Shown piece after piece: positions 46,629 through 57,136 of a stretch of 64,000 bases of DNA. A model generated the notes under the pieces. It saw only the letters and a program-made list of their open reading frames with translations. It was not told the DNA's origin and did not search any database. Source of the DNA: Bacteroidales bacterium (lineage in GTDB: Bacteria > Bacteroidota > Bacteroidia > Bacteroidales > VadinHA17); assembly GCA_032260385.1 (NCBI GenBank), contig JAVVEL010000002.1:31776-95775 (forward strand), in the 5' to 3' direction. The position numbers were made by a program, and so were the translations under genes. Numbering within the stretch: position 1 is the stretch's first letter; each line of letters starts with the position of its first letter.

Positions 46629-47399
46629 ATGGAACTGAACCTCAAACGACCACTTGCTTTTTTTGATCTTGAAACAACAGGGATAAATATCGCCAGGGAC
46701 CGGATAATAGAAATATCAGTTGTTAAAATACATCCCGGTGGAAGGGAGGAATGGTTTACTAAACGACTTAATCCCGGCATGCCCATAAGTCCACAGGCCA
46801 GTGCTGTTCATGGCATAACTGATGATGATGTAAAGGATTGCCCTTCTTTCAGGGAGATCGGCAAGAACCTGGCAAAATTTCTTGAAGGTTGCGACCTGGC
46901 CGGCTATAATGCTATACGCTTCGATATCCCCTTGCTTGCCGAGGAGTTTCTGAGGGAAGAAATTGATTTTGATATAAGGAAAAGAAAATACATTGACGTT
47001 CAGGTTATCTTTCATAAAAAAGAGCAGAGAACACTAAGTGCTGCCTATGTTTTTTATTGCAACAAGGAACTTTCAAACGCTCACAGCGCAAAAGCTGACA
47101 CCGAGGCAACCTACGAAATACTCAAAGCCCAGATTCAGAGATATGATGATCTTGATAATGATGTGGATGAACTGGCTAAATTCAGTCATCACAGTAAATT
47201 TGCAGATCTGGCAGGACGCATAGTCTTTAATTCAAAGGGACAGGAAGTGTTTAACTTTGGGAAACATAAAGGTGAGCCGGTTGAAGAAGTCCTGAAAAAT
47301 GAACCAAGTTACTTTGCATGGATGATGGAAGGTGACTTCCCGGAATATACCAAGAAAGTACTTACTGAAATAAAGCTAAGGACATTTAATAAGGGCTAA
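46629..47399 (+). CDS. DnaQ-like 3'-5' exonuclease
   Basis: FFDLETTG (Exo I), HGITD (Exo II) and HSAKADTEAT (Exo III). Confidence 0.8.
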   Translation: MELNLKRPLAFFDLETTGINIARDRIIEISVVKIHPGGREEWFTKRLNPGMPISPQASAVHGITDDDVKDCPSFREIGKNLAKFLEGCDLAGYNAIRFDIPLLAEEFLREEIDFDIRKRKYIDVQVIFHKKEQRTLSAAYVFYCNKELSNAHSAKADTEATYEILKAQIQRYDDLDNDVDELAKFSHHSKFADLAGRIVFNSKGQEVFNFGKHKGEPVEEVLKNEPSYFAWMMEGDFPEYTKKVLTEIKLRTFNKG

Positions 47400-47415
47400 G
47401 GCTGCTTTTTACAAC

Positions 47416-48027
47416 ATGAAAATAATTTGTATAGGACTTAATTACAGGGACCATGCAGAGGAAATGGGCAAGCCTCTTCCCCGGGAACCTCTCGTTTTTC
47501 TCAAACCTGACTCATCACTTCTAAAAAGGAATAAACCCTTCTTTATACCTGGTTTTTCCGACAATATACATTATGAGGCTGAAATAGTCCTGCGCATATG
47601 CAAGCTGGGCCGTTCTGTCGCTGAAAAATTTGCTTACAGGTACTTTGACCGTATTACTCTTGGTATAGATATGACGGCACGGGACCTTCAGTCATCTCTT
47701 TCAGCTGCCGGCAAACCCTGGGAAATAGCCAAATCATTCGACGGGGCAGCCCCGCTGGGTGAATTCATTAGCCTTGATGAGGCAGGTGATGCAAATGATA
47801 TTTCTTTCAGGCTCGAAAAAAACGGTAAAACAGTACAGAAGGGTAACACTTCACTGCTTATATTCAGCTTTGACAGTATTATTTCCTATGTGTCGCGTTT
47901 TTTTACCCTCAAAACAGGAGATCTGATTTTTACCGGTACTCCTTCCGGGGTAGGCCCCGTCAGCCGTAGCGACAGGTTAACAGGCTATATAGGCGACCTG
48001 AAAGTGATTGATTTTATGATAAAGTAA
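47416..48027 (+). CDS. Fumarylacetoacetate hydrolase-family protein
   Basis: KIICIGLNYRDHAEE...EAEIV...GDLIFTGTPSGVG. Confidence 0.85.
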   Translation: MKIICIGLNYRDHAEEMGKPLPREPLVFLKPDSSLLKRNKPFFIPGFSDNIHYEAEIVLRICKLGRSVAEKFAYRYFDRITLGIDMTARDLQSSLSAAGKPWEIAKSFDGAAPLGEFISLDEAGDANDISFRLEKNGKTVQKGNTSLLIFSFDSIISYVSRFFTLKTGDLIFTGTPSGVGPVSRSDRLTGYIGDLKVIDFMIK

Positions 48028-48058
48028 GGGGTGCGCTAATGATAACTTAAGCACCCCT
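48027..48058. terminator. Hairpin between convergent genes
   Basis: Perfect 8-bp stem AGGGGTGC/GCACCCCT with a 16-nt loop. There is no clean T-run, so it would be a Bacteroidota-style or bidirectional terminator. Confidence 0.45.
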
Positions 48059-48065
48059 CCATATC

Positions 48066-49877
48066 TTACTGAGTAAGAGGATCAGTATCTTCTTCCGTTG
48101 CAAGGTCTCCGGGTTCCCTTATCAGCCTTGACACGGGGTAGAGCCTGTTGTATTTCTCAATCTCATACATGGGTGCCCTTTCGTAAATGAACCTTAACTG
48201 AGCCAATGGATCGTTGGCAAAACTTTCATCTTCAGTTTTTCTTTTTTCCACTTCTGCACGCAGCTTATCATCCTCATGCAGCAGTTCCATAAGATGACTT
48301 TCAAAACCCCAGATGGAATAAAAGTCGTGCGACTCAAGGACAGGATCAAAAAAGTTCCATGCAAAATATGAGTTGGGAGCATGAGGCTCAAGCATTTCAA
48401 CAATGTACCTGTTGGCGTGTTGATTGGTTATAATAACGAAATCACCCTTGTAGTAGGGCATCGTTTGTTTCACAGGACGCACTTTTATATTCTGATTAAC
48501 GCGATGCCCCTGGTTGGCCCTCCCTGAAGGCTCGGCGTTTTCAATATAATAGGTTTCAACTTCAAGCTCGGTGTCTTCTTTGAGCCTGAATGCTGTAACC
48601 CCGTTATGGCAAAGTTTTCCGACCACATCACTCCATGCCTGGGGTATGATATAAGCCCAAGGCTTGCTTACCGTTAAAACAGGGTCATATTTGGTATAGT
48701 AAGGGATGGTGTCGGTCCAGGGGCGTTCATGATCATAGTAACCTCTCGCTCTCCTGTCTTCAGAGGGCTCAGGTCTCACATATTCATATCCCTTGAACAG
48801 CAGGTCTTCTGAGTATGACATATCTATTTCCCAGTCGAGATGATAGGTTTCCTCTTCCTTTATCTTTCTGTCGGCCTCATCCTTCAATTGCCTTATTTCG
48901 CTGCAGTTATCATAGGTAAATGCTGTAAGCTGCGTCAGAAAATCTATAACCGATCTTACCCTGTCTGGGAAGTACTTGTAAACAAGATTTTCTGTCATGA
49001 AGGAATAACAGTTAAAGAGGGCTGTGTATCCTGTGGAATAAAAAGGATCATCGTTGTAGGCCATTATCCCGTCTTTGATATCCCCGAAATAGTTACTCAT
49101 CTGAATGTATGGGATCATCCCGTAATCAGAATTTTTTTCCATTCTGTCGTAGAGATCAGGCAACATTTTTTCTTTGAAAAATTTACCCATGGCCGTATCA
49201 AGCTTACTGTAAAGGGTTTCTATCAGTGTTATGGTATACTGATGGTCAGACCCATTTGTGGTATGTGTATCAAGGAAGACATCGGGATTCAGGTGCAGGA
49301 AGATATTGACGAAGCTGCGCGCATTTTTGGTTTCCTGCTTTGCAAAGTCACGGTTCAGGTCCAGGTTGCGGGCATTCCTGCGTCTCCCCTTATAAACAGG
49401 ACCATTCTGGTTGGTCCTGTAATATTTGCTCCTGTCAAGTGTTCCCCCGATATTGTAAACCGGTATGATAGCAATTACTACCTTATCAAGGTATTCTTTC
49501 AGATTATCCTTATTTCTGAGAAGGTTCCATGAAAATTCAATGCTGGCATCAATGCCTTCAGGCTCTCCGGGATGGATACCGTTATTAATGAGAATTATGC
49601 ATTTACCTTTTTCCCTTATTGATTCAGGGTCAAAATCGCCGTCTCCGGAGATCATAAAAAGGTGGAGTGGTTTGCCTATGTCGGTTATTCCCATTTCCGT
49701 CAGCCTGGCTTCAGGATAATAATCAGCCAGTTGGCTGTAGGCATCAATCACTTCATGATATTCGAGACTCAGATTGTCGTCGTACTTGAGGTTTATGTTT
49801 ACCTCATCTTTATTTTGCTGCTTGCAGGCCGGTAAAATCAATAATCCAGCCATGGCAAAAATTAATAAATGTCTCAT
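48066..49877 (-). CDS. M14-family zinc carboxypeptidase lipoprotein
   Basis: Lipobox MRHLLIFAMAGLLILPAC, and GIHPGEPEG...NLDLNRDF...DTHTTNGSD. The start is taken at the Met of the signal peptide. Confidence 0.8.
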   Translation of the reverse strand: MRHLLIFAMAGLLILPACKQQNKDEVNINLKYDDNLSLEYHEVIDAYSQLADYYPEARLTEMGITDIGKPLHLFMISGDGDFDPESIREKGKCIILINNGIHPGEPEGIDASIEFSWNLLRNKDNLKEYLDKVVIAIIPVYNIGGTLDRSKYYRTNQNGPVYKGRRRNARNLDLNRDFAKQETKNARSFVNIFLHLNPDVFLDTHTTNGSDHQYTITLIETLYSKLDTAMGKFFKEKMLPDLYDRMEKNSDYGMIPYIQMSNYFGDIKDGIMAYNDDPFYSTGYTALFNCYSFMTENLVYKYFPDRVRSVIDFLTQLTAFTYDNCSEIRQLKDEADRKIKEEETYHLDWEIDMSYSEDLLFKGYEYVRPEPSEDRRARGYYDHERPWTDTIPYYTKYDPVLTVSKPWAYIIPQAWSDVVGKLCHNGVTAFRLKEDTELEVETYYIENAEPSGRANQGHRVNQNIKVRPVKQTMPYYKGDFVIITNQHANRYIVEMLEPHAPNSYFAWNFFDPVLESHDFYSIWGFESHLMELLHEDDKLRAEVEKRKTEDESFANDPLAQLRFIYERAPMYEIEKYNRLYPVSRLIREPGDLATEEDTDPLTQ

Positions 49878-49977
49878 ATTTTTCAGGGATTTAATTTCCC
49901 TGAAAAGTAATGAAAAAAAATTAACAGACAGACCGTAAAAAGTAATTTTACAACAGCCTGGCGGAGACACTTCCATT

Positions 49978-50229
49978 TCAGTCAGAAGCTATCATTTTCT
50001 CCGCAATTTCGAGTATTGTTGTATCATCTAATGTAACCAGGCCACCGTCCGGTCCCTGTTCAAGATGGATTCCTATGCTTTCGCCCTCATCAAAATTCCA
50101 GCCGCCAAAATAATTTCTAACTGTTTCTTCGTTCATGTCCAGCTTCCTCGCAATATCCTTTACACCACCTTCCGGGAGCTGGTCTTTTATCTCCCTCAGT
50201 TTATTGAATGTTATTGTTCTGCTCATCAT
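49978..50229 (-). CDS. Small protein with a possible HTH; function unknown
   Basis: GVKDIARKLDMNEETVRNYF resembles a helix-turn-helix. No other motif. Confidence 0.3.
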   Translation of the reverse strand: MMSRTITFNKLREIKDQLPEGGVKDIARKLDMNEETVRNYFGGWNFDEGESIGIHLEQGPDGGLVTLDDTTILEIAEKMIASD

Positions 50230-50331
50230 CCTTAATTAGTTCTTAATTAACCCTTACTATATAAAATTACATAAATTTTTCATGCCTCAATAACAATAGC
50301 TGCTTATTAACATATTTTTAAGAAATTACCA

Positions 50332-50769
50332 TTAGTTGACATCATCCGTATTTCTTATAATAAACACCTTATAATCACCCAGATACTTAAACCCGTATTT
50401 CTTGTAAAGCTTTATTGCCACTTTGTTGGAGCTGTGCACCTCAAGCTTAACCTGACATCCTGTTTCTTTGACATATTTAAGAGATTCTTCAAGGAGGTAG
50501 CCTGATAGACCTTTGCCCTGGTATCCGGGAGAAAGGCCAAAATGATGAAGGTATAACCTTCTGCCATCGTAAGTCATCCAGGATGTTCCGGCAATAACAC
50601 TGTTATTATCATCTACCAGTATCAATAATTTACCCCCTGTTTTCAGGCATCGTTCAATAGCATCTTTATCGTCACCGCGTTCGGGCCGTCCCATTCCCGT
50701 TTCCTGCCATATCTTAATCACAGCCTCGTAATCATCATTCTTGTAGTCTCTTAGACTGTAGCCTTTCAT
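50332..50769 (-). CDS. GNAT-family N-acetyltransferase
   Basis: LHHFGLSPGYQGKGLSGYLLE (acetyl-CoA motif A) and KLYKKYGF. Confidence 0.85.
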   Translation of the reverse strand: MKGYSLRDYKNDDYEAVIKIWQETGMGRPERGDDKDAIERCLKTGGKLLILVDDNNSVIAGTSWMTYDGRRLYLHHFGLSPGYQGKGLSGYLLEESLKYVKETGCQVKLEVHSSNKVAIKLYKKYGFKYLGDYKVFIIRNTDDVN

Positions 50770-50774
50770 TTTCT

Positions 50775-52211
50775 TTATTCATCTTTCAGGACGTACAACT
50801 GTCCGGCTTCGTCCCTTATCACACGTATGTTGGCGCCCCTCTCAATAAATCCTATATCTGATCGTGCATCATAAGTTTCGTTGTTAATAATAACCTTGCC
50901 GGAGGGTCTGAGTACAGTATGAGCCTTCCCTCTGGCTCCTATAAGTGATTTTTGTTTCTTACTGTCAAAACTTATATAACCTTCATCCATATTCTGTTTT
51001 TTCTGAAGAGCCAGTTTACCCAGTATATTAGATGGTGCGAATAGTTTGTTGCTGAGCCATATTGACAGCAGGAAGGCGAGGAACATAGAGATGATAACTA
51101 TAGCAAAAGAAGCCATCGCTCTTTGTATACCGGTTCCGTCGGGTGATGGTCCGAATTCGAAGGTAATTTTGTCTATCATGGTAAAGGTCAATCCTATAAC
51201 TATTCCGGCGATACCCAGTACTCCTGTGACTCCAAATCCGGGTATGGCGAATATCTCTACAAGGACCAGGATTATGCCAGCCACAAAAATTACTATCTGC
51301 CAGTTTGCCTGCAGCCCTTCGAGATAGAGCGGGGCGAAATACAGGACAGCTGCAAGTACGGATGCCGCCAGTGGAAAGCCAATGCCGGGCGACTGTAATT
51401 CAAAGTAAAGGCCACCTATAATAATCATTATTAATAAACCTGAAACGACAGGGTTAATAAGCAGTTGTATTATTTTTTCTGCACCCCCGGGCTTGAATTC
51501 TTCCATCCTGTAATTCTCTATTCCTGCCAGCCTTAAGGCATCATCCGGATTCAGTGCCTGCCCTTCGCAAAAACCCAGTTCGATGGCTTCAACTGTTGTA
51601 AGAGTAAGTACGTTACCTGTATCACTTACCCCTTCCACATAAACTTTGGGATCGACCATTGATTCTGCTATGGCAGGGTCCCGGTGCCATACATATGTGG
51701 TGTCGCCATCAACTACAAGGGGCTTTTTCCCATGTGCCTCGGCTGTTGACCTCATCATGCCTCTCATGAACGACTGGTACTTGTCAGGCACCTGCTGGCC
51801 TGTCTGGTCAACAACCGTAGCTGCTCCTATGCTGCCTCCCGGTCGCATATAGATGCTGTCACATGCTATTGATATGAGTGCACCTGCAGATATTGCCTGG
51901 TTATCGATAAATACAAGCACCGGCTTTGGATAGTTGAGTATGGCTGTCCTTACTGAGTCTGCCATATCCACCTGTCCCCCGTAAGTATTCATATGGATAA
52001 GAATATAGTCGGCTCCCAGCTTGGTTGCCTCCTCAAGGCTCAGCTTTGTTGTTCGCCAGATGGGAGCGGCAATGACCTTCTTGATATCAAATTTATACAC
52101 TATTACCTGGTCGTTCTCAGTGGCCGGCACATCTTGTGGATTTTCACCGGCTGATAAAACCTGGAAGTACACTGCAAGAAGACAAAAGCTCATTAAAAGA
52201 AAGCGTTCCAT
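50775..52211 (-). CDS. NfeD-family membrane-bound ClpP-class protease
   Basis: A signal peptide, a ClpP-like domain (IHMNTYGGQV...AISAGALI), a multi-TM core, and a C-terminal OB-like segment (GKAHTVLRPSGKVIINNETYDA). Confidence 0.75.
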   Translation of the reverse strand: MERFLLMSFCLLAVYFQVLSAGENPQDVPATENDQVIVYKFDIKKVIAAPIWRTTKLSLEEATKLGADYILIHMNTYGGQVDMADSVRTAILNYPKPVLVFIDNQAISAGALISIACDSIYMRPGGSIGAATVVDQTGQQVPDKYQSFMRGMMRSTAEAHGKKPLVVDGDTTYVWHRDPAIAESMVDPKVYVEGVSDTGNVLTLTTVEAIELGFCEGQALNPDDALRLAGIENYRMEEFKPGGAEKIIQLLINPVVSGLLIMIIIGGLYFELQSPGIGFPLAASVLAAVLYFAPLYLEGLQANWQIVIFVAGIILVLVEIFAIPGFGVTGVLGIAGIVIGLTFTMIDKITFEFGPSPDGTGIQRAMASFAIVIISMFLAFLLSIWLSNKLFAPSNILGKLALQKKQNMDEGYISFDSKKQKSLIGARGKAHTVLRPSGKVIINNETYDARSDIGFIERGANIRVIRDEAGQLYVLKDE

Positions 52212-52230
52212 ATTTTTTATTATTTTAAAA

Positions 52231-52995
52231 TCAGCTTATTTTAAGTTCATCAAGATACTTAAAAAAGGTATGCATGGCCAGTCTTTTTTCATCATCGAGT
52301 AAAAAATCAATGTTGTTGGTAAGATAATCCTTCAAGACATCATGGGGCATGACTCCCCTGTTACCGTAATATTCAACCACCCTGTCAATATTGACGACAC
52401 CGAAGGCCATGGCTTTGTTAAATTTTTCTATAAAATTACTGCTGAAACTTTTATTTGCTACCCAGCATGCAAAAACAAAGGGAAGACCTGTATGTTTATT
52501 CCACTCAGTGGCAAGATCCGTCCTGTGGCTGAATTTTGATTCCATCTCATAGCACTGGTCGCCTATTAGCACAAGGCCTTCATTATCAGCTATGTTTGTA
52601 AAACTGAAATCATGGTTTGTCTCCACCCAATTAAAATCACACTTCCAGAATTTTCTGGCCAGGAGGCGGGTAAGGGCAACGGATGTCCTCGACCTGTAAT
52701 CAAGGTAGATGGTGTCGAGTTTTTCAGGCGGCTTATTACTTAAGAGGAGCACCGTTCTCACCGGCCCCCTGCTTCCAATGCAGAAATCAGCTATTATTGA
52801 CAATGAGGGGTTTTGATGAATTGAAATTACAGGGATAAGGCCTATATCGGCCTCCCCTGTCACAATTTTTTTTGCACAGTCTGCAGGGTGGTCAATTTTA
52901 ATTTCTGCATTGAGCTCAATGCCTGAGTTCTCCAGCCCATAAATGAGAGGATAGGTATTTGAATACCTTACCGCCGAGATCCTGACTTCAAACAT
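52231..52995 (-). CDS. mqnA: Chorismate dehydratase MqnA (futalosine pathway)
   Basis: RISAVRYSNTYPLIYGL...GEADIGLIPV. Confidence 0.75.
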   Translation of the reverse strand: MFEVRISAVRYSNTYPLIYGLENSGIELNAEIKIDHPADCAKKIVTGEADIGLIPVISIHQNPSLSIIADFCIGSRGPVRTVLLLSNKPPEKLDTIYLDYRSRTSVALTRLLARKFWKCDFNWVETNHDFSFTNIADNEGLVLIGDQCYEMESKFSHRTDLATEWNKHTGLPFVFACWVANKSFSSNFIEKFNKAMAFGVVNIDRVVEYYGNRGVMPHDVLKDYLTNNIDFLLDDEKRLAMHTFFKYLDELKIS

Positions 52996-53110
52996 AGATG
53001 ATTAACTGAAACGTGGCTTAAATGCCCGAAATTACTAAATTTCAGTTTTATTTCCCCCTCTAATGTAGTAAATTTACATCCGGTCATAATCAGGAACTAA
53101 TTTTTATAAA

Positions 53111-54454
53111 ATGGACCTTAATAAATTAACGGCTATTTCCCCCATCGACGGTAGGTACAGGGAAAAGGTCATGGAACTGGCAGAGTACTTTTCTGAATAT
53201 GGGCTTATTAAATACAGGATTAGGTCAGAAGTGGAGTATTTTATAGCCCTGTGCAACCTTCCCCTGCCCCGGCTAAATGAATTTGCTACTGAAAATTTCA
53301 GCCACTTAAGATCGCTTTATCAGGATTTCAGTGTAAATGACGCCCGTCGGGTCAAGGATATAGAAAGTGCCACAAACCACGATGTAAAAGCTGTTGAATA
53401 CTATTTAAAGGAAAAGTTTCATGAGTTTAACCTTGGTGAGTGGTCAGAATTTATTCATTTTGGACTAACATCACAGGATATAAACAATACTGCCATTCCC
53501 TTATCCATTAAGGATTACACTGAGTCAGTCTTTTATCCAATGCTGGAAAGGCTTATTTCAGAGTTGGATAAGCTTGCTGATCAGTGGAAGGATATACCCA
53601 TGCTGGCCCGTACCCACGGTCAGCCTGCAACACCCACAAGACTGGGTAAGGAGATCCGGGTTTTTGTAAAAAGGCTGCAGGTACAGGCCGGACAATTAAA
53701 AGCTGTGCCCTGGTCTGCCAAATTCGGTGGTGCGAGTGGTAATCTGAATGCACATTACGTTGCCTTTCCCGGGGTTGACTGGGATAGTTTTGCTGATAAT
53801 TTTGTAAATGAGATACTTGGCTTAAGCAGATCAAAGCCCAGTACTCAGATCGATCACTATGATAATTTTGCAGCCATGTGTGATGCCTTAAGAAGGATCA
53901 ATACAATCATGATTGATTTTTGCCGCGATGTATGGCTCTATATATCATTTGATTATTTTAAACAAAAAATAAGCAGCACAGAAACAGGCTCGTCTGCAAT
54001 GCCCCATAAAGTAAACCCCATAGATTTCGAAAATGCCGAGGGAAACCTTGGATTATCAAATGCCATCCTGGGACACTTTTCGGAGAAACTGCCCGTATCA
54101 AGGCTGCAGCGGGATCTGTCAGATTCAACCGTATTGAGAAATGCAGGACAGCCTTTTGCCCACTCGCAGATAGCTATTCTTTCAATTTTGAAGGGACTGG
54201 GTAAACTTATTGTCAATAATGATAAAATATACCTTGACCTCAATGATAACTGGGCTGTAGTGGCTGAAGCAATACAGACTATACTCCGGAGGGAAGGATA
54301 TCCCAGACCCTACGAGGCACTGAAGGATCTGACCAGGACAAACAAAAATATAAGCAGGCAATCCCTGCTGGATTTTATCGATGGTCTTGATGTGAAGGAA
54401 GTTGTTAAAGAGGAATTAAAGGCTGTTACACCTTTTAATTATACAGGTAAATAA
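53111..54454 (+). CDS. purB: Adenylosuccinate lyase
   Basis: LTAISPIDGRYR...GLTSQDINNTA...GSSAMPHKVNP. Confidence 0.9.
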   Translation: MDLNKLTAISPIDGRYREKVMELAEYFSEYGLIKYRIRSEVEYFIALCNLPLPRLNEFATENFSHLRSLYQDFSVNDARRVKDIESATNHDVKAVEYYLKEKFHEFNLGEWSEFIHFGLTSQDINNTAIPLSIKDYTESVFYPMLERLISELDKLADQWKDIPMLARTHGQPATPTRLGKEIRVFVKRLQVQAGQLKAVPWSAKFGGASGNLNAHYVAFPGVDWDSFADNFVNEILGLSRSKPSTQIDHYDNFAAMCDALRRINTIMIDFCRDVWLYISFDYFKQKISSTETGSSAMPHKVNPIDFENAEGNLGLSNAILGHFSEKLPVSRLQRDLSDSTVLRNAGQPFAHSQIAILSILKGLGKLIVNNDKIYLDLNDNWAVVAEAIQTILRREGYPRPYEALKDLTRTNKNISRQSLLDFIDGLDVKEVVKEELKAVTPFNYTGK

Positions 54455-54468
54455 TTTCAATTCTAAGT

Positions 54469-56292
54469 ATGAAGCGATTCAGGGTTCTTCTGTCGTTTAT
54501 TAAACCCTACAAATGGTTTGCGGGTCAGAATATTTTGTTTAATATACTGGCTGCAATATTCTCGCTTTTTACCTTCAGCCTGATAAGTCCCTTTCTCAAG
54601 ATATTATTTGGAGTGGTGCCTGAAACAACGCATCCCGGAGTCTTCGAATTGAGCCGGGACTGGTTCACCGGTATGCTAAATTATCTTATAAGTCATTATA
54701 TCGACAAGATGGGCGCCGGTGCAGCCCTTATAGGGGTATGCGCCCTTGTAATAACAGCCAGCCTTTTCAGGAACGCCTTCGTCTTTGCTGCAAATAATGC
54801 TCTCGCCTACCTGAGGTCTGGAACGGTGAGGGATATGCGTAAGAAATTATATGATAAGGTATTGCGACTACCGGTATCCTACTTCACAGAATCCCGGAAA
54901 GGGGACGTGATGACCCGTATATCAAATGATGTTGAGGAAATCCAGGTATCGGTAATGGGTTCACTGCTCATGCTTCTCAGGGATCCTGTAACCATTATTA
55001 TTTTCCTGGTCTTCCTTTTTATAATAAGTTATAAACTGACCTTGTTCTCACTCTTATTAATGCCTGTAAGTGGCTGGCTTATAGGTAGAATAGGAAAAAA
55101 TCTGAGAGCAAAATCCTTTAAGGGGCAGGAACAACTGGGTAAACTGCTGTCAGTGGTGGAGGAAACCCTCGGCGGCCTCAGGATAATTAAAGCTTTTAAT
55201 GCAGAGAAGAATATGGAGAAAAGCTTTGCGGGCATCAATAATTTATTTACCAGGATTTACAGGAGAGTCCTGAGAAAAAGATACCTGGCATCACCCGTAA
55301 GTGAATTTCTTTCGACTATTTCCTTGATGCTGGTGATGTATTTTGGAAGTGTGATTGTGCTTAATGGATCTTCAGAAATGACATCCGACCAGCTGATAGT
55401 CTTCCTGGTAGTCTTCTCCCAGTTGATCCCGCCGGCAAAGAATATCACCACATCCTATTTCAACGTCCAAAAAGGTATGGCTTCACTTGAGCGTATTGAA
55501 TATATACTTGATGCAGAGGAAGTAATCATTGAACGTGAAAATGCTGTTGACTTTAAGTCCTTTGGTAGAACCATTAGCTATGAAAATGTGAGCTTTGCCT
55601 ATAATAAAGATCTTGTAATAAATGATGTGTCGTTTACAGTCCATAAGGGTGAAACCCTGGCAATAGTGGGTAAATCCGGGGCGGGAAAATCAACTCTCGT
55701 TGATCTTCTGCCCAGGTTTATGGATGTCGGCAGGGGTTGTATAAAAATCGACGGCGTGGATATCCGTGACATGAAGCTGAACGACCTTAGAGATTTAATG
55801 GGGATTGTAAGCCAGAATGCCATATTGTTTAATGACAATTTCAGTAATAATATCGCTTTCGGCTCTGATATGAATTCCCGGGAAGAAATTGAAAAAGCCG
55901 CACGGGTGGCCAATGCCCATGAATTTATTATGGAGACACCCGGTGGATATGACCATAATGTTGGTGAAGGAGGGAATAAGCTGAGTGGCGGTCAACGCCA
56001 GCGTATAAGCATAGCCAGGGCAGTATATGCCAACCCGCCCATTCTGATCCTGGATGAAGCTACCTCAGCCCTTGACACTGAATCAGAACGATTGGTCCAG
56101 GATGCTATTGAAAAACTGATGAAAAACAGGACCTCCATTGTTATTGCACACCGGCTGTCAACAGTCAGGAGAGCTGATAAAATTATCGTTATAGATGAAG
56201 GACGTATCGTTGAGCAGGGCTCACACGATGAGCTTCTTAAAAAGCGGGACGGATTGTATACGAAGTTGTATAATATGCAGATGATGGAGTGA
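54469..56292 (+). CDS. ABC exporter, fused permease/ATPase (MsbA-like)
   Basis: A six-TM N-terminal half, Walker A GKSGAGKST, signature LSGGQRQR and Walker B ILILDEATSALD. Confidence 0.9.
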   Translation: MKRFRVLLSFIKPYKWFAGQNILFNILAAIFSLFTFSLISPFLKILFGVVPETTHPGVFELSRDWFTGMLNYLISHYIDKMGAGAALIGVCALVITASLFRNAFVFAANNALAYLRSGTVRDMRKKLYDKVLRLPVSYFTESRKGDVMTRISNDVEEIQVSVMGSLLMLLRDPVTIIIFLVFLFIISYKLTLFSLLLMPVSGWLIGRIGKNLRAKSFKGQEQLGKLLSVVEETLGGLRIIKAFNAEKNMEKSFAGINNLFTRIYRRVLRKRYLASPVSEFLSTISLMLVMYFGSVIVLNGSSEMTSDQLIVFLVVFSQLIPPAKNITTSYFNVQKGMASLERIEYILDAEEVIIERENAVDFKSFGRTISYENVSFAYNKDLVINDVSFTVHKGETLAIVGKSGAGKSTLVDLLPRFMDVGRGCIKIDGVDIRDMKLNDLRDLMGIVSQNAILFNDNFSNNIAFGSDMNSREEIEKAARVANAHEFIMETPGGYDHNVGEGGNKLSGGQRQRISIARAVYANPPILILDEATSALDTESERLVQDAIEKLMKNRTSIVIAHRLSTVRRADKIIVIDEGRIVEQGSHDELLKKRDGLYTKLYNMQMME

Positions 56293-56308
56293 AAGGCTAA
56301 TAAAGTGA

Positions 56309-56351
56309 GAAGGAGTTTAGGATGAGTTTGGAATGAGTTTGGAATGAGTTA
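56309..56351. repeat. 11-bp tandem repeat (GGAATGAGTTT-like, about 4 units)
   Basis: aaggagttt aggatgagttt ggaatgagttt ggaatgagtt, immediately upstream of the next gene. Confidence 0.85.
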
Positions 56352-56366
56352 ATTTTGAAATATATC

Positions 56367-57050
56367 ATGAAACACAAAGTAACAGAGCATTTTATCATCT
56401 TATCGCTTAACCCTGGTACAGGTCGCTACAAGGTACTGGGGAATTATCTAACCTATGGCATAGTTGGTGCCATGCTGATGGATCTTTCTCTTGAAGAAAG
56501 AATATCAATTGCAGAACATAAGCTACTGGCAGGTAAGGATATGTCACCAACAGGAAATTCTGCATCAGAGCGGATGTTAAAAACTATAAGCCAGTCGGGC
56601 CGGCAACGTAATATTAAGACCTGGGTAAGGAGGCTGGGAAATAAATCTGCATGGTACAGGAAGGAGATGCAGAAATACTTTGTGAAGGAGGGAATCCTGA
56701 AAGTAGAGAATAAAAGGTTTATTGGTATACCATATAAGTTACATTATGTAGCGAAACCAGGGTTTAGGAAGAATCTTATCATCAGGTATAAAGATATTAT
56801 ACTGTTTAAAAAAATACCTGATGAATCTGAATTAATGGTTCTTGGACTTATGTTTGCCTGCAAAATGCATAAGGTTCTTTCGAATGTGGGCCCTGAAAGA
56901 AGAAAGATCAGGATAAGACTGCTGGAATTGACAAAGGATAATCCTTTTGCTTCCGATATCAACAAGGCAATAATTGAAATACAAGCCGCAATCACAGCAA
57001 GCATTGCAGCGACAGCAGCTGTGTCGGCAGCAACATCTGCGTCCAGCTAG
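56367..57050 (+). CDS. GPP34/GOLPH3-family protein
   Basis: FIILSLNPGTGRY...YGIVGAMLMDLSLEERI pattern and an Ala/Ser-rich hydrophobic tail. The start is taken at the ATG at 56367. Confidence 0.55.
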   Translation: MKHKVTEHFIILSLNPGTGRYKVLGNYLTYGIVGAMLMDLSLEERISIAEHKLLAGKDMSPTGNSASERMLKTISQSGRQRNIKTWVRRLGNKSAWYRKEMQKYFVKEGILKVENKRFIGIPYKLHYVAKPGFRKNLIIRYKDIILFKKIPDESELMVLGLMFACKMHKVLSNVGPERRKIRIRLLELTKDNPFASDINKAIIEIQAAITASIAATAAVSAATSASS

Positions 57051-57136
57051 GAATCAATTATTGAATATTTTCAACCATGTAAATTTATTTACTGCTGGCT
57101 AATGGCTAATTGAAAGGTGATCCAAAAGAATAAAAG

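Noticed and set aside
49978-50769. A GNAT acetyltransferase plus a small HTH-like protein as a possible TacT/TacA-type toxin-antitoxin pair.
   Set aside because: The small gene is downstream, not upstream, and separated by about 100 nt. It has no RHH/DUF1778 pattern. The GNAT looks like an ordinary housekeeping-type acetyltransferase 5 nt behind the NfeD gene.
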